A DNA stretch of 36,863 bases from Catajapyx aquilonaris (taxonomy: Eukaryota): assembly GCA_000934665.2 (NCBI GenBank), contig KZ539003.1, positions 1 through 36,863 of the forward strand, in the 5' to 3' direction. Positions 1 through 11,101 of the stretch are shown here, in pieces (position 1 is the stretch's first letter; every line of letters begins with the position of its first letter). Below the pieces are notes generated by a model. It ran no database searches and was not told the origin of the DNA. It was given only the letters and a program-made list of their open reading frames with translations. The position numbers and the translations under genes are program-made.

Positions 1-483
1 GAGTGTTATAACCTAAAATGAAACATGTAAAGAGCGCTCCCCCCTGCAAAAGGGCCCTTAAAGCCCCGCAGGTGAATAAAACTTACTTACTTTAAACTTA
101 CTTACTTACCCCAGCAGCATTATTAATAACACTATGCAACAAAAATAAACTTTTTGTCCATTGAAAATCATAGCACTATTACATGTTCCTTAGGTCGCTC
201 GCAACACATAATGAGCATTCATTTTGTATGAACTTTGTTTTTGACCTTGGGGCAGTCATAAAACAAAATTCCTGGAAATATTGGGGTCATTCTGAATCAA
301 GTGAGCTGAAATGTTGCTAGACCATCTCGGATTTTGTGGACAAAAATCACACTGTATGTACACAATGTGTTCCATCTGAATTGTCGTGTGGGAGATATCA
401 ATCTTTTGGTCCTAATTTGTTTATTACAAAGCAGTTACTTTAGACCAGCCCACGGACACTACCCCTATCTTCTGGGCTTATCA

Positions 484-770
484 CCTGCCGGGGGATTATG
501 CACCGGGTGCTCACCTGAGACCACCACGAGACATTTCCCAGAGCATTTATGTGGCGACCCTACCGGACTAAGGCTGAACTTTACAGGTACGAAAGGGGAG
601 GGCTACATTGGGGGGCCCAACATGGCCGCCGGCGGCCATGTTGGGCCAGCATGTAGCCACCCTTTCCTACCTGTAAAGTTCAGCCTTAGTCCGGTAGGGT
701 TGCCACATAAATGCTCTGGGAAATGTCTCGTGGCGGTCACAAGTGAGCACCCGGTGCATCCCTCGGCAGG
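484..770. repeat. ~290-bp near-perfect palindrome (fold-back/MITE-like)
   Basis: Centre at 630/631 (CCAACATGGCCGCC|GGCGGCCATGTTGG). Arms match in reverse complement, e.g. GAGACATTTCCCAGAGCATTTATGTGGC vs GCCACATAAATGCTCTGGGAAATGTCTC. No clear TSD seen. Confidence 0.85.
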
Positions 771-1205
771 GGGTGGGTGGGGAGTGACCTAACCTGAGTC
801 TTCTACAGCCATGCTTTAGACCTAGCTTTGGGTTTATTAAAAATTTCAGCTGCTTCCATTACGTTGAATCCTTTACAAATGCTGCAGTAAGGTCTAGCCT
901 TTTTTTTAAAAAAGGTTCAACCACCGACCCTGGTGACCTTGAACTCAGGTGCTTCCAAATGGGTCATTACCAAAGGCATAATCTCAAATATACATTGCAA
1001 TTCAGGCCTGATGGAATAAGTCCATTCAGACTAAGATCAATGGAAAATACATTTCCTAACCTCTAACAAGTAATAGTAACAGTGCAATAGTAACTAGGCT
1101 ACTTAATGATAAGGTGCTAAGTGTCCAAAGATGTGCTAAGTACACAAAGATTCGTTAACCACCATAGACAATTTCGTGTTGGAACTCACAGTCTAACACA
1201 TTTAA

Positions 1206-1660
1206 AGGGACACTCCACTCAAAATACAAGTTGGGTTCTAAAAATCGGGCAAAAAATCCTGATTCCGAGGGTACAAGCAGTTTTTCTTAGAGACGAACGG
1301 TAAGGCCAGCGTGAAAGCTGGAAGTGTGTCGTTCGAAAACCGCGCGCGGGGCTGTGGGCGCAGGTGGCGACGCCTGGCGACCGCCACCGGAGGGGAACCG
1401 GGTGGAACTGGAGCAGGCACTCCTGGCGCGGCAGGTGTTTACTGTGAGCTGTGCCTGCTCCATTTCCCATTCCTGCCGACAGGCGGCGAGGGTGTCGTGA
1501 ACAGTAGCATACGGTTGCAACCGTATCGCCAAAATACGCATAATGATCCGGTTCCCCTGGGGTCATCGTTCATCGGAAAAAATAATTATTGGTGTCGTTG
1601 GAATCGTATTTTTTTGCCCGATTTTTGGGGGCCAACTTGTATTTTGAGTGGAGTGTCCCT
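1206..1660. mobile_element. Non-autonomous DNA transposon, Kolobok-type (TTAA TSD)
   Basis: TTAA at 1202-1205 and 1661-1664. TIR AGGGACACTCCACTCAAAATACAAGTTGG / CCAACTTGTATTTTGAGTGGAGTGTCCCT. TTAA plus AGGG termini are typical of Kolobok. Confidence 0.75.
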
Positions 1661-1842
1661 TTAAAACATTCCACAAACCCTTCAATTTACTAAAAGGCGC
1701 TTAAAATGTTGTGGTGGAAATTGTCAATTAACTAGATCCAATCGAAAACAAATGAATCGTGCAATACATCAAGGGCCCAATTGTGATAACTTCACTAATT
1801 TATTGAAACCGATAATGAGCTGGATTTTAATTTTGGCACATA

Positions 1843-2405
1843 CAGGGTGGTCGGTAAATGGTGCACAAGCTTCAGGTAGCGACATTCCTTGTGAGAAACC
1901 AGTATATGGAAGTGAAGGTGATATTGCTCTACGAGGCCTGGTTAGGGCTCACGAGGCCTCCAAAGTTTGGGCCAAATCATGACGTCCCATCCGCCCGCGA
2001 AATTCTAACACTTCCGTATCGCTAATCCTACGCGGTGTGTTGCTAGGCGTTGCCATGTTGACATCCTCCACGTGTTCACCAAACAATGGTACCGTATGAA
2101 CTCGCGGGGACGTTGCCATACCGTCGTATAAACTCGCGGAGACGAAGGTATGGCAACGTCCCTCCGAGTTTATTTGGTTCCATTGTTTGGTGAACATGTG
2201 AGGGATGTCAACATGGCAACGCCTAGCAACACGGTAGTGTTTGAATTTCGCGGGCGGATGTGACGTCATGATTTGGCCCAACTTTGGAGGGCTCGTGAGC
2301 CCTAACCAGGCCTCTTAGAGCAATAGGACCTTCACTTCCATAATACTGGTTTTTCACAAGAAATCTCGCTACCTGAAGCTTGTGCGCCATTTACCGACCA
2401 CCCTG
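1843..2405. mobile_element. Palindromic MITE, Tc1/mariner type (CAGGGTG ends, TA TSD)
   Basis: TA|CAGGGTGGTCGGTAAATGG ... CCATTTACCGACCACCCTG|TA. Inverted symmetry runs through almost the whole element. Confidence 0.85.
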
Positions 2406-2758
2406 TATAGATCAATTGAGGTTCTAATCCGCTACAGCACAGATATTTTAGTTCTGTTCCGACACATGCAGGAAGAGTTTTAGACGGTTTATTTGGATTC
2501 CTAGAAAGTTTGGTTTTCCACACTTGGGCCCTTGATGTATTGCACGATTCAAATCTTTTATTAGTGAGAAAAAAAATCATATCTTTGCATTAGAAACCAG
2601 GAGTCAGTTTTTGTCTCACTGCTAAAACTTTAGCAGAACCAGTGTCAACAACTAATAACCACAGAACCCTGAAAACGTTTATGGGCGAATCCTCACTAAC
2701 AGAAGCAGGCTGATAGCAGTAGGATGGAAAACCCCTCCCAGATTTTGATGTTTATTAC

Positions 2759-3263
2759 CTGGAAAACATCAGATGACGCACACAAAATGAGGCGGTGCGC
2801 TGGATATTCAACTCCACCCACTACAACACATAAATCACTCATCAGTCGCTCCGCATACAAGTTGGCAATTTTGTCAACAATTACAGTTGAGTTATCAATC
2901 TGAAACCAAGAAGAAACCAATTAAGAACTTCGCATCCCACAACCCAAATGACACCCTACATGAAAATATCATTTGCATGCTTGTGAACACTTGCCATATT
3001 TATCATTTTTGGTTCAAATATTGTTAAGATATGCACCCATCCCCTTGGCACTAGATATGTCAAAACATATAAGATGTAATTAAAGCCATTCCTACTTCTA
3101 CTTATACAGAATCACTAACCTGTACACTATTTCCAGGATAGTTTAATTTTGTAGGTGGTGTCCCTTGCTTCTCGCCTCTATCCCATCTACAACCTAAGTA
3201 GCCTGAGGTTGATGGCTGGTTTGGTTCAGGTGGGTTCAACATGTTTTGAAGCCGAGAAAACAT
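2759..3263 (-). CDS. BTBD17: 5' coding exons of a BTB/POZ(-BACK) domain protein, BTBD17/Tango10-like; gene continues past the left edge of the window
   Basis: Exon 2759-2899 (141 nt, phase 0-0, TTTCAG acceptor, GTAATA donor) encodes IDNSTVIVDKIANLYAERLMSDLCVVVGGVEYPAHRLILCASSDVFQ, a clear BTB N-terminus (SD..xxxxG..YPAHRLIL..SSxVF). Upstream exon 3120-3291 (TTTCAG acceptor, ATG at 3263, CAG|GTTAGT donor in phase 0) encodes MFSRLQNMLNPPEPNQPSTSG...NSVQ. The orthologue name is from motif recall only. Confidence 0.8.
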
Positions 3264-3396
3264 TCTCTGCCACAAATAACAAGTTTTTTCCCTGAAAATC
3301 ATATTAGATAGTATCAGAAATGGCCTGACAAAAATATAACTTACAAGATATGACACATTAAGGAATCACATAATTATTAGATTAATCTCTTGTGTA

Positions 3397-3811
3397 CAGT
3401 ACCCTGCATTAATGGCCATGCACAGACATCGCCACCTGGCCAGATTGAGCGGAACTAGGTGTCCGGTGGGCTGTGTCCAAAAATACTTTGATGATCAAGA
3501 CTGCTCACGAGTCCGCTCTAGACGGCTCAAGATATCGCTGTGGATTAACAGGCATTCACTTGGTCCATGTAATAACTGGTTCACAACCTCAATTCACAAC
3601 CTCAATACATTGATAGGAATCGGAATGGCCTTATAATTCATCCCACAGATATATCTGTGATCCGCTGTGATCCATCTTTGTAACAAGCATTTGAATCTAC
3701 CGCTATATCTTGAGCTGTCCAAGTATTTTGGACGCACCCCACTGACGCCTATTTTCACTCGTTCTTGGACAGGTGGCGATGTCTGTGCATGGCCATTAAT
3801 GCAGGGTACTG
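3397..3811. mobile_element. MITE with TA TSD (Tc1/mariner/pogo type)
   Basis: TA|CAGTACCCTGCATTAATGGCCATGCACAGACATCGCCACCTG ... CAGGTGGCGATGTCTGTGCATGGCCATTAATGCAGGGTACTG|TA. TIRs are perfect for >40 bp. Confidence 0.88.
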
Positions 3812-3862
3812 TACCATTAAAATCAGTAAATTACTTTAAAAAGTAATGCCAATTACATTGTA

Positions 3863-5215
3863 CAGGGAAACCTGCCCTAATGGACCCTGGATACAGTGGA
3901 AACCTATCCATTACGGAATTTTCTCCTGGAACGACCATATGCATAGGGCATACAATGTATTTTTGACGGATATAACGGAACCTGCCCAACGCGTAAAACC
4001 AAAGGGATTTTTGGCTCTCTTCAGAGAAAATCCCTGTTCATAGCAGATATCAAAAGGTTAGCATTATATCTGCGAGTCACAAAAATAGAAACTAGAAATA
4101 GAACTATCGGTAATTCCAGGTGGCCTCTGAGTAACCCTTTTTGGACCACTGTGTGTCTAGTAATTTCTGGAATTGCTATGGTCTTGAAGATAAAGTGTGA
4201 GGTGAGGGGGACTATTTTTGGTTGCAAAAGTCGCAAATCGGCTTTCTGGACGGGCCAAGAAGATGTGACTCATGTGACTCGTAGGTGCCTCTTAGTTCAC
4301 GGTTCAGTCCAGTTATGTCGGGAAGACGAAGGGGTTAATGCCAGCTTGGAAACCCGGGGTAAATGTTCCCCTCCAAATAATGGGACTTACTACTCACGTA
4401 CTAAGCCACCACGTTGGGCGCCATTGTCATGCCCCTTCGTTACTTACCTCCAGGGCAAGGCCCGATCCACTCCTCTCAGGGGGGTTCCAATAATAAGTAC
4501 TAATAAGGTAATGATCACTTACACTCAGTGGCGGATCCAGGAATTTTTTCTGGGGGGGGGGGGGGGGGGGGGGCATTGGTGGCAAAAAGGTTCCCAAATA
4601 GAGGGAAAAATATTTCTTNGCAAAACGGAAAATAATTACCCATAGAACAGTGCAATTTGGCACTGTTCTAGAGGGTTTTTGCGCGTTTCCCCCCCCGTTT
4701 TTTTTTGTTTTTTCCCGTTTTTTCCCCTCTGGGGGAGCTCTTGGGGAGAGCACGTGCCCCCGTGCCCTCCCCCCCCCTAAATCCGCCACTGCTTACACTC
4801 CTTTATTCCTCCTTACACTTCTTATCCTGCCAACCCTCTCTTGGCCAACCCTCACTCCTCACTATCCCCCAGGGTATCCCCCTTGCCGCCGACCAGGGTA
4901 GCCAACAGTTACCAGGTCCTCCTGCCCACGCTACCCGGCCCTCACCGTTGCCAGCTCCTGCCACGTTGCCACACTCTTATACGTGGCAGGGTTCAACATA
5001 TTGCCCGAGTCCGGGCTGATGGTCCAATGGAGCAGGCAAAATGATGATTTTGCACCATATTGAGGTAATGTGATTATTTTTGCTCTCCCCATTTTCCTCT
5101 CTTTCTCGCGAGCAAAAAAAATGAGTAACGTCCTTGATCTGGTTATAGCGGAAACCTGTCCATAACGTAAAATTTTTGGGGTCCCGTGCAATTCTGCTAT
5201 ACACAGGTTTCACTG
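3863..5215. mobile_element. Degenerate pogo/Tigger-like non-autonomous element
   Basis: TACAGGGAAACCTG and TACAGTGGAAACCT at the left, CAGGTTTCACTG at the right, with repeated GGAA(A)CCTG-CC subterminal motifs. Boundaries are uncertain. Confidence 0.4.
4526..4791. mobile_element. hAT MITE (CAGTGGCGGAT family)
   Basis: TIR CAGTGGCGGAT/ATCCGCCACTG with 8-bp TSD CTTACACT (4518-4525, 4792-4799). G and C homopolymer runs inside. Confidence 0.9.
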
Positions 5216-6224
5216 CACCAAAATCCTAATATGAGGCTAAATTTCATCAATGTTTAACCTGTAATTTTCGAATTATTGACAGCAGTAGTCCTAAAAGCAT
5301 TTTGGTTTAATTCTAACACCTGCTACAAGAAATTCCAAATCTGCTTGGAATTACTATTACCAGCTCTTGCTATTACAAGATGACACAATACTCTTTGGAC
5401 CATAAAACAAAAACCTTTAACTGTTACCATAAACATAGATGCTAATACTAGGCCAAGGCCAAATTGAATCATCTACCTATGTTTGGAATTGCAAAGAACT
5501 TTTTCAATTAGGGCTTTCCCATTGAAACAACTGGAATAAATATCAATGAGGCACGTTACATGACGCCGCTTCGAGGCGGTTCGGAAAGGTTACAGAGCAG
5601 CATCACGGGCATGTAACATGTGAAAATGCGCATCAACTGAACTGAGCAGCCAGTGAGCCGCAGCCAGTTTAACAACCATATACCTGCACATCAAAAGGTT
5701 TGATGCGCACCACTCACCTTTTAGAGGATTACTACTGCCTTATCGCTCGACCCTTCTTTTCTCCAACTCCAAAATTTCCCAAATTACTGGTTTTCGAAGT
5801 GGATGGGGATCAGCAGCGGGAGGGGGAGAAGGGGCCAGGGGGACTCCACTGCTTTCAGAGGCCAGACATCACATGTAACACGTTGCCGAAGGGGCACCTT
5901 TCCGATTCGTATTGAAATAGAAGCGACGCGACTGTCCATGTAACGCAGCTCAATGCTAACACTCATTTATGCAGGCCAAACTCCAATGCAGGTGGTAAAA
6001 GGGATGGGTCCACGCAACCTAATAATATCAGATAGTACTTTTGATGACCACTAGGAGGAACTATTCAATGTAACTGCTTCACAGCAGAGTGTTGAAAATT
6101 GCTAATCACCTAAGAAATTTTAATTGGAATACCCTTTACAACAGGAAAACGTTGAAAATCCTGCACTAGGACTAAACAAACTTCTGTAATAGACAATTTC
6201 CTGCTGTATCCCTAGTCCATAATA

Positions 6225-6345
6225 CAGGGTGTTTCTAGTATGGCTAGCGGGAGTCAGCGTATTCTTTGTCCCAAGCGCCCAACCCAAGACGAAAATGTAG
6301 GGGGGAGATACGTTGAGGGACGAACCTGTAACGAAGTAGACCTTT
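6225..6345. mobile_element. One-ended fragment of the MITE family seen at 8213-8730
   Basis: TA|CAGGGTGTTTCT start. AAAATGTAGGGGGGAGA..TTGAGGGAC.AACCTGTAACGA matches 8275-8325. Confidence 0.55.
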
Positions 6346-6518
6346 TCTTTTGGCCCTGGGCAAAGTGGGAATTGCAATAATTCTGTCTGGATACGTAGGT
6401 ATAAAAGCTTTCCCCCCACACTTGCTTCATAGGGCTATGCTCACGCTACATTATTACAACTGCAAATACAGCACATTCCATGCCCAATGATGTACAACAC
6501 ATCCACTCTCTCATTCTA

Positions 6519-7755
6519 CGAGGGCCGTACTAAAATGATTTACAAATTATTTTTTGGCCACAAATACAGTGCCCCTATAGGTCGGCAGATAGTCACATAT
6601 TATACAGGGTGGACGGAAAGTTTCGGACCCCCCCCNNCCCCCCCAGGTTTTTTAACCCTACTTTTCACAGCGTCTTTTCACATCTTTTAGAAGTCCACAA
6701 GCAGTTCTAATGTACACTTATCTTTTGAAGCATAATCTTGAGAACATCTGAGCACCTTCGCTCTTGCAATTCCATTAATAACTTCGCCTCTGTGACTCAT
6801 CTAAACATCCTATCTGTTTTGCGTTTATTTTGCTTGTTGCCATGGAGGACCCCTGGTCATATTCTGCGTCAGATAAGGTTTTTATGACCCTTTTCCATGA
6901 GTTCCCCTTCATGCAAATGTTGTGAACTCACTCCTGACCTTATTTTTCGCATTGGTCCATAACCTGATCCAATAAAAATTTGAAAAGGAATGCATGAAAT
7001 GGCGGACCCGGATGCATTACTTTCGAATTCTCACATTGGTACCATCACATTTGTCTCCACTTTTACTTTCAAATAATTTTTGGTGCGAAAGGACGTGAAA
7101 GAAAGGATGTGTCATGTTGATTAATTTACCAAGGTAGGACTGTTTACTGTCCTTTCCCACCAAAAATTTATTTTAAAGTAAAAATGGAGACAAATGTGAT
7201 GGTACCAATTCGAAAGTAATGCATCCGGGTCCGCCATTTAATGATTCCTTTTCAAATTTTTATTGGACCAGGTTATGGACCAATGCGAAAAATAAGGTCA
7301 GGAGTGAGTTCACAACATTTGCATGAGGGGAACTCATGGAAAAGGGTCATAAAAACCTTATCTGACGCAGAATATGACCAGGGGTCCACCAAGGCAACAA
7401 GCAAAATAAACGCAAAACAGATAGGATGTTTAGATGAGTCACAGAGGCGAAGTTATTAATGGAATTGCGAGAGCGAAGGTGCTCAGATGTTCTCAAGATT
7501 ATGCTTCAAAAGATAGTGTACATTAGAACTGCTTGTGGACTTTTAAAAGATGTGAAAAGACGCTGTGAAAAGTAGGGTTTAAAAACCTGGGGGGGGGTCC
7601 GAAACTTTCCGTCCACCGTGTAGATAGAATCCTCCTGGAGCCGAATACACCGGAGTCATTGGTGTGAAACCTCTCTGTGGCCTCCAGGAACCAATTTTTG
7701 GAGGTTCGGCGCACCCCTTCCCGGACAACTGCTTACAGTCAACAGTGTTCTCGAA
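6519..7755 (-). mobile_element. Truncated mariner 3' end (same family as 10661-14028), interrupted by the 6605-7620 palindrome
   Basis: TA|CGAGGGCCGTAC mariner-type terminus. 6519-6602 aligns with ~10661-10750, and 7621-7755 (AGAATCCTCCTGGAGCC...) aligns with ~10755-10885. Confidence 0.65.
6605..7620. mobile_element. ~1-kb fold-back MITE (CAGGGTG ends, TA TSD)
   Basis: TA|CAGGGTGGACGGAAAGTTTCGGACCCCC ... GGGGGTCCGAAACTTTCCGTCCACCGTG|TA. Arms of ~490 bp are nearly identical around a short loop at ~7095-7150. Confidence 0.9.
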
Positions 7756-7958
7756 ATTGCAGTAGGATAAGTATAATGATCAAAATCATGAGTGGACTTC
7801 CAGCCATATTGAGATTTTCAACATCATGAGCAATTCATCAATTCACAAGCGAACTTGACATTAAAACAATTTCTCAGATTTATAAGTGTAATAGATTGTA
7901 ACTCAAGTGGAGGTCATAAATCTGAATCAATGTGATAAAACATATGCCATCTTCCAGG

Positions 7959-8195
7959 CAGAGCTGGGCACGCTAATCGAAATTTTTAGTTCAGCTAACA
8001 TCTGCTAACTCCAAAGGCTAACTCCTAATTCAGTTAACAAACCGTGGGCGGCGCTAAATCGCTAATGATAAACAGCTAGAACAATTAGGGGGATTTCCAC
8101 TAACCTTTGCAGCTGTTTAGCATTAGCGATTAAGCGATGTCCATGGTTTTACTGAGCAAGTTAGCTGTAATCGAAAGTTAGCGGTGTCGCCTCTG
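7959..8195. mobile_element. hAT MITE with GCTAA subterminal repeats
   Basis: CAGAG...CTCTG termini, 8-bp TSD CTTCCAGG (7951-7958, 8196-8203), many GCTAA/TTAGC motifs. Confidence 0.85.
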
Positions 8196-8212
8196 CTTCC
8201 AGGTGAGTTATA

Positions 8213-8730
8213 CAGCGTGTTTCTTACTAGTAAGTCATCCCGCCGGTAGCTTATTCATTGGCCCAAACCACAGATAAAATGTAGTGGGGGAGAAATATTG
8301 AGGGACCAACTGGTAACGAGGTAGATGACCAGAAACATAGGCCCCTCAACATATGCGGCAACACACATACCGCCTCTTTGTAGGGAGGTCTCCTGGCAGA
8401 TGGACATGCGCGCCTTATAGCGGTTGCCTAGGGAGCAGGATATGAGCGTGATAATCACTTCTCTGAAAGAGGCGATCTCGCAAAATCCCGCCAGTCATGA
8501 TTATCAAGCTTATATCCTGCTCCCTAGGAAACCCCTGTAAGGCATGCGTTTCCATCTGCCAGGAGACCTTCCTACAAAGAGGCATGTGTGTTTAGGGGTA
8601 GACCAATGTTTCTGGTCATCTACCTCGTTACAGGTTGGTCCCTCGACATTTCTCCCCCCTACATGTTAGACTTCGTTTGGGCCAAGGAATACACTGCCAG
8701 CTGGATGACCTACTAGTAAAAAACACTCTG
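8213..8730. mobile_element. Older palindromic MITE (CAGGGTG-like ends)
   Basis: CAGCGTGTTTCTTACTAGTAAGTCATCC ... GGATGACCTACTAGTAAAAAACACTCTG. Diverged inverted arms throughout. Confidence 0.8.
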
Positions 8731-8849
8731 TGTCAGTTGCAATGTTAAGTGATTTTTATCCTTTTCCCACAAAATTCCATGTTATGATAGCTAACTGAAA
8801 TTCAATATTATCACCAGATTCCCTGTGTCTTCCTCTTTAATATCAACTA

Positions 8850-10552
8850 CCTTACCCAAATCCCTTGGTTTACGCGCACCCCCCAGTTCACGAGTTTTTG
8901 CGGCGTAACTTGCATGAAAACTGGGTCAGTGATCATTTCTGCATAAAAAAAACGTGCGTTAACATGTCAGAAAGGAAATGCATGTGCCAATGGTTTGATT
9001 GGGTCCAAACACAAGGGTCACAATGGGTTCATATGATGGGCCACCCGATACACAGGGGAAGTAAAATTACGCGCATCCCCCTAACACACGATATCAGCAC
9101 TGTGTGGCCATGTGCCATTGCAAGGAAACGTAACTCCCATGATCCTCAGCCCATCTTGGCTATAAAAGGCATGATAAATCGCTGCCTATGACTCATCACA
9201 GCGAAGAACCATGGCGAGAAGAGCGTTGCCTGTTGCACTGAGAGAGATCATCATCAAAAGGCATCGGGATGGTGTTCCCCTTCGACAGATAGGCCGGGAA
9301 CTGTTGGTTCCAGAGTCTACAATACGCACGTTCCTAAAGCATTACAAGGCCACCGGAAAAGTTGAGCGGAAGAAAAGTCCAGGGCGACGAAAGTCGACAA
9401 CAGCACGAGAAGACCGGATGCTGCTCTGGATTGTTAGGAAAAAGAGACCAGGCTCTTTTTCGGATGCTGCAGCATTGTGGCAGGAAAGCCTGGGGCGTCC
9501 AATTTCTACAAAAATAATCATTAAGAGGCTGAAAGACAAGGGGTACTGGACCTACAAGTCTCAGAGGAAACCACTCATCACTCGAGTCCAGCAGAAATGG
9601 CGCTACCAATGGGCCCGGGACCATCTACACTGGACTACCAATGACTGGAAGAAGGTTATTTGGTCTGACGGATCACCATTTGAGGTGCTGTATGGAAACA
9701 TCGGTCGTAGAGTCATTCGGCAGAAGGGTGAAGGACTCTGAGGTGACTGCGTAAAAAAGGAGTGCAAGTTTCCTCTGAAGGTGGGTTTGTTAATCCTAAG
9801 TTATACCCGCAGTACGTCAACATCTTTATGCGCCCATTACAGGTGCAAATATGGGGATGTTTCCGACATCGTGCAGTGGGCAACATGGTCACGTACAGCA
9901 ATACCATCAATGCATGTCGGTACCAGGCCATCCTTCAGGATCATGTTCTGCCCTCCATTCCACGACTGATGTGCAGAAGCAAGTACAATTTCCAGCAGGA
10001 TGGCGCAACGGCGCATACTTCGCACACAACTAAGGCCTGGCTGCAGGGTCATAGGATCGAGGTTCTGGACTGGCCAGCCAATTCGCCAGACCTGAACCCT
10101 ATTGAGGATTTGTGGAAGGTTCTGAAGAAAATGGTCAGGCGGCGCAAGCCCAGGAACAAGGAGCAGTTGACGAGGGCCTTGGAGGAACAGTGGTGCAAAA
10201 TTCCTGCTGAGAAGTGCAGAGAACTGGTGGAAACCATGCCCCTGCATGTGAGGGACGTGTGTGCTGCTCGAGGAGGGCCGACCAAATGGCGACTTTTCGG
10301 GCATGTGCAGGATGTGCGTAATATTACTTCCCCTGTGTATTGGGTGCCTATCATGAACCCATTGTGACCCTGGACCCAATAAAACTATCGGCACATGCAT
10401 TTCCTTCCTGACATTTTTTTACACACGTTTTACACACGTTACGCACGTTTTTTACACAGAAATTATCACTGACCCATAGTTTTCATACGAGTTACGCCGC
10501 AAAAACTCGCGAACTGGGGGGTGCGCGCGTAAACCAAGGGATTTGGGTAAGG
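8850..10552 (+). mobile_element. Full-length Tc1-family (DD34E) transposon with ~230-bp TIRs
   Basis: TA|CCTTACCCAAATCCCTTGGTTTACGCGCAC ... GTGCGCGCGTAAACCAAGGGATTTGGGTAAGG|TA. TIR similarity extends to ~9075 and from ~10315. TATAAAA at ~9161 precedes the ATG. Confidence 0.93.
9211..10292 (+). pseudogene. Tc1 transposase with a 62-nt intron and a premature stop
   Basis: N-terminal HTH (RQIGRELLVPESTIR, SPGRRK), WSD, WGCF, QQDGA...SPDLNPIE (D-34-E spacing counted), GGPTKW end. In-frame TGA at 9739-9741. GT..AG intron 9781-9842 joins the two ORF-track frames. Confidence 0.85.
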
Positions 10553-11101
10553 TACATCCATGGAAAAATATTTTAGCCATGTGTTGATGAGCAGGAGGCG
10601 ACATCTTGAAACTGCCTTACTTCTTTTCCGCACTACCGTATCACAATTCATAAATTAGTATCAGGGCTGTACCATAGTGATTTACAATAATTTCTTCTTT
10701 TTTTGCCAAAACTTTAGGGCCCTTACAGGTTGGCCGATAGGCACACATTATTGACAGAATCCTCCTGGAGCCAAATACACTAGTGCCAATGGTGTGGCAG
10801 CCTCTCCAGGCCCTCCAAGAACCACAATTTGGAGGTGCAATGCACCCACTCCTGGACAACTGCTCTCAGTCAACAATGTTCTTCAAATGGCATCATGAAA
10901 GGGGTATTTTCATGTCTTGGGACAAGAAAGGAACTAACTGGAACCAGGCACTACCATCAGCAGCCCAGCATGCATGGCAACCCTCCATAGTTTGTGGCAC
11001 ACCATCCAGAAAGAATGGCCAGGGGAAGGTGTGCTCTTGCACCACGACATGTGTGGCCCAATGGGAGCCAGGAAATGACAGCTGCCATTGCCAAGTGTGG
11101 G

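Noticed and set aside
80..135. GTAAGT donor-like repeats on the minus strand as the next BTB exon
   Set aside because: The adjacent sequence does not encode the expected continuation of the BTB domain; it looks like a short (CTTA)n repeat.
334..792. 152-aa ORF and similar ORFs over palindromes (1311-1664, 1949-2281, 4151-4645)
   Set aside because: They lie in GC-rich MITEs or palindromes, have no recognisable domain, and several start at non-ATG codons.
5784..5966. 60-aa minus-strand ORF as a BTB coding exon
   Set aside because: It stops before the donor at 5718 and shows no similarity to BTB proteins.
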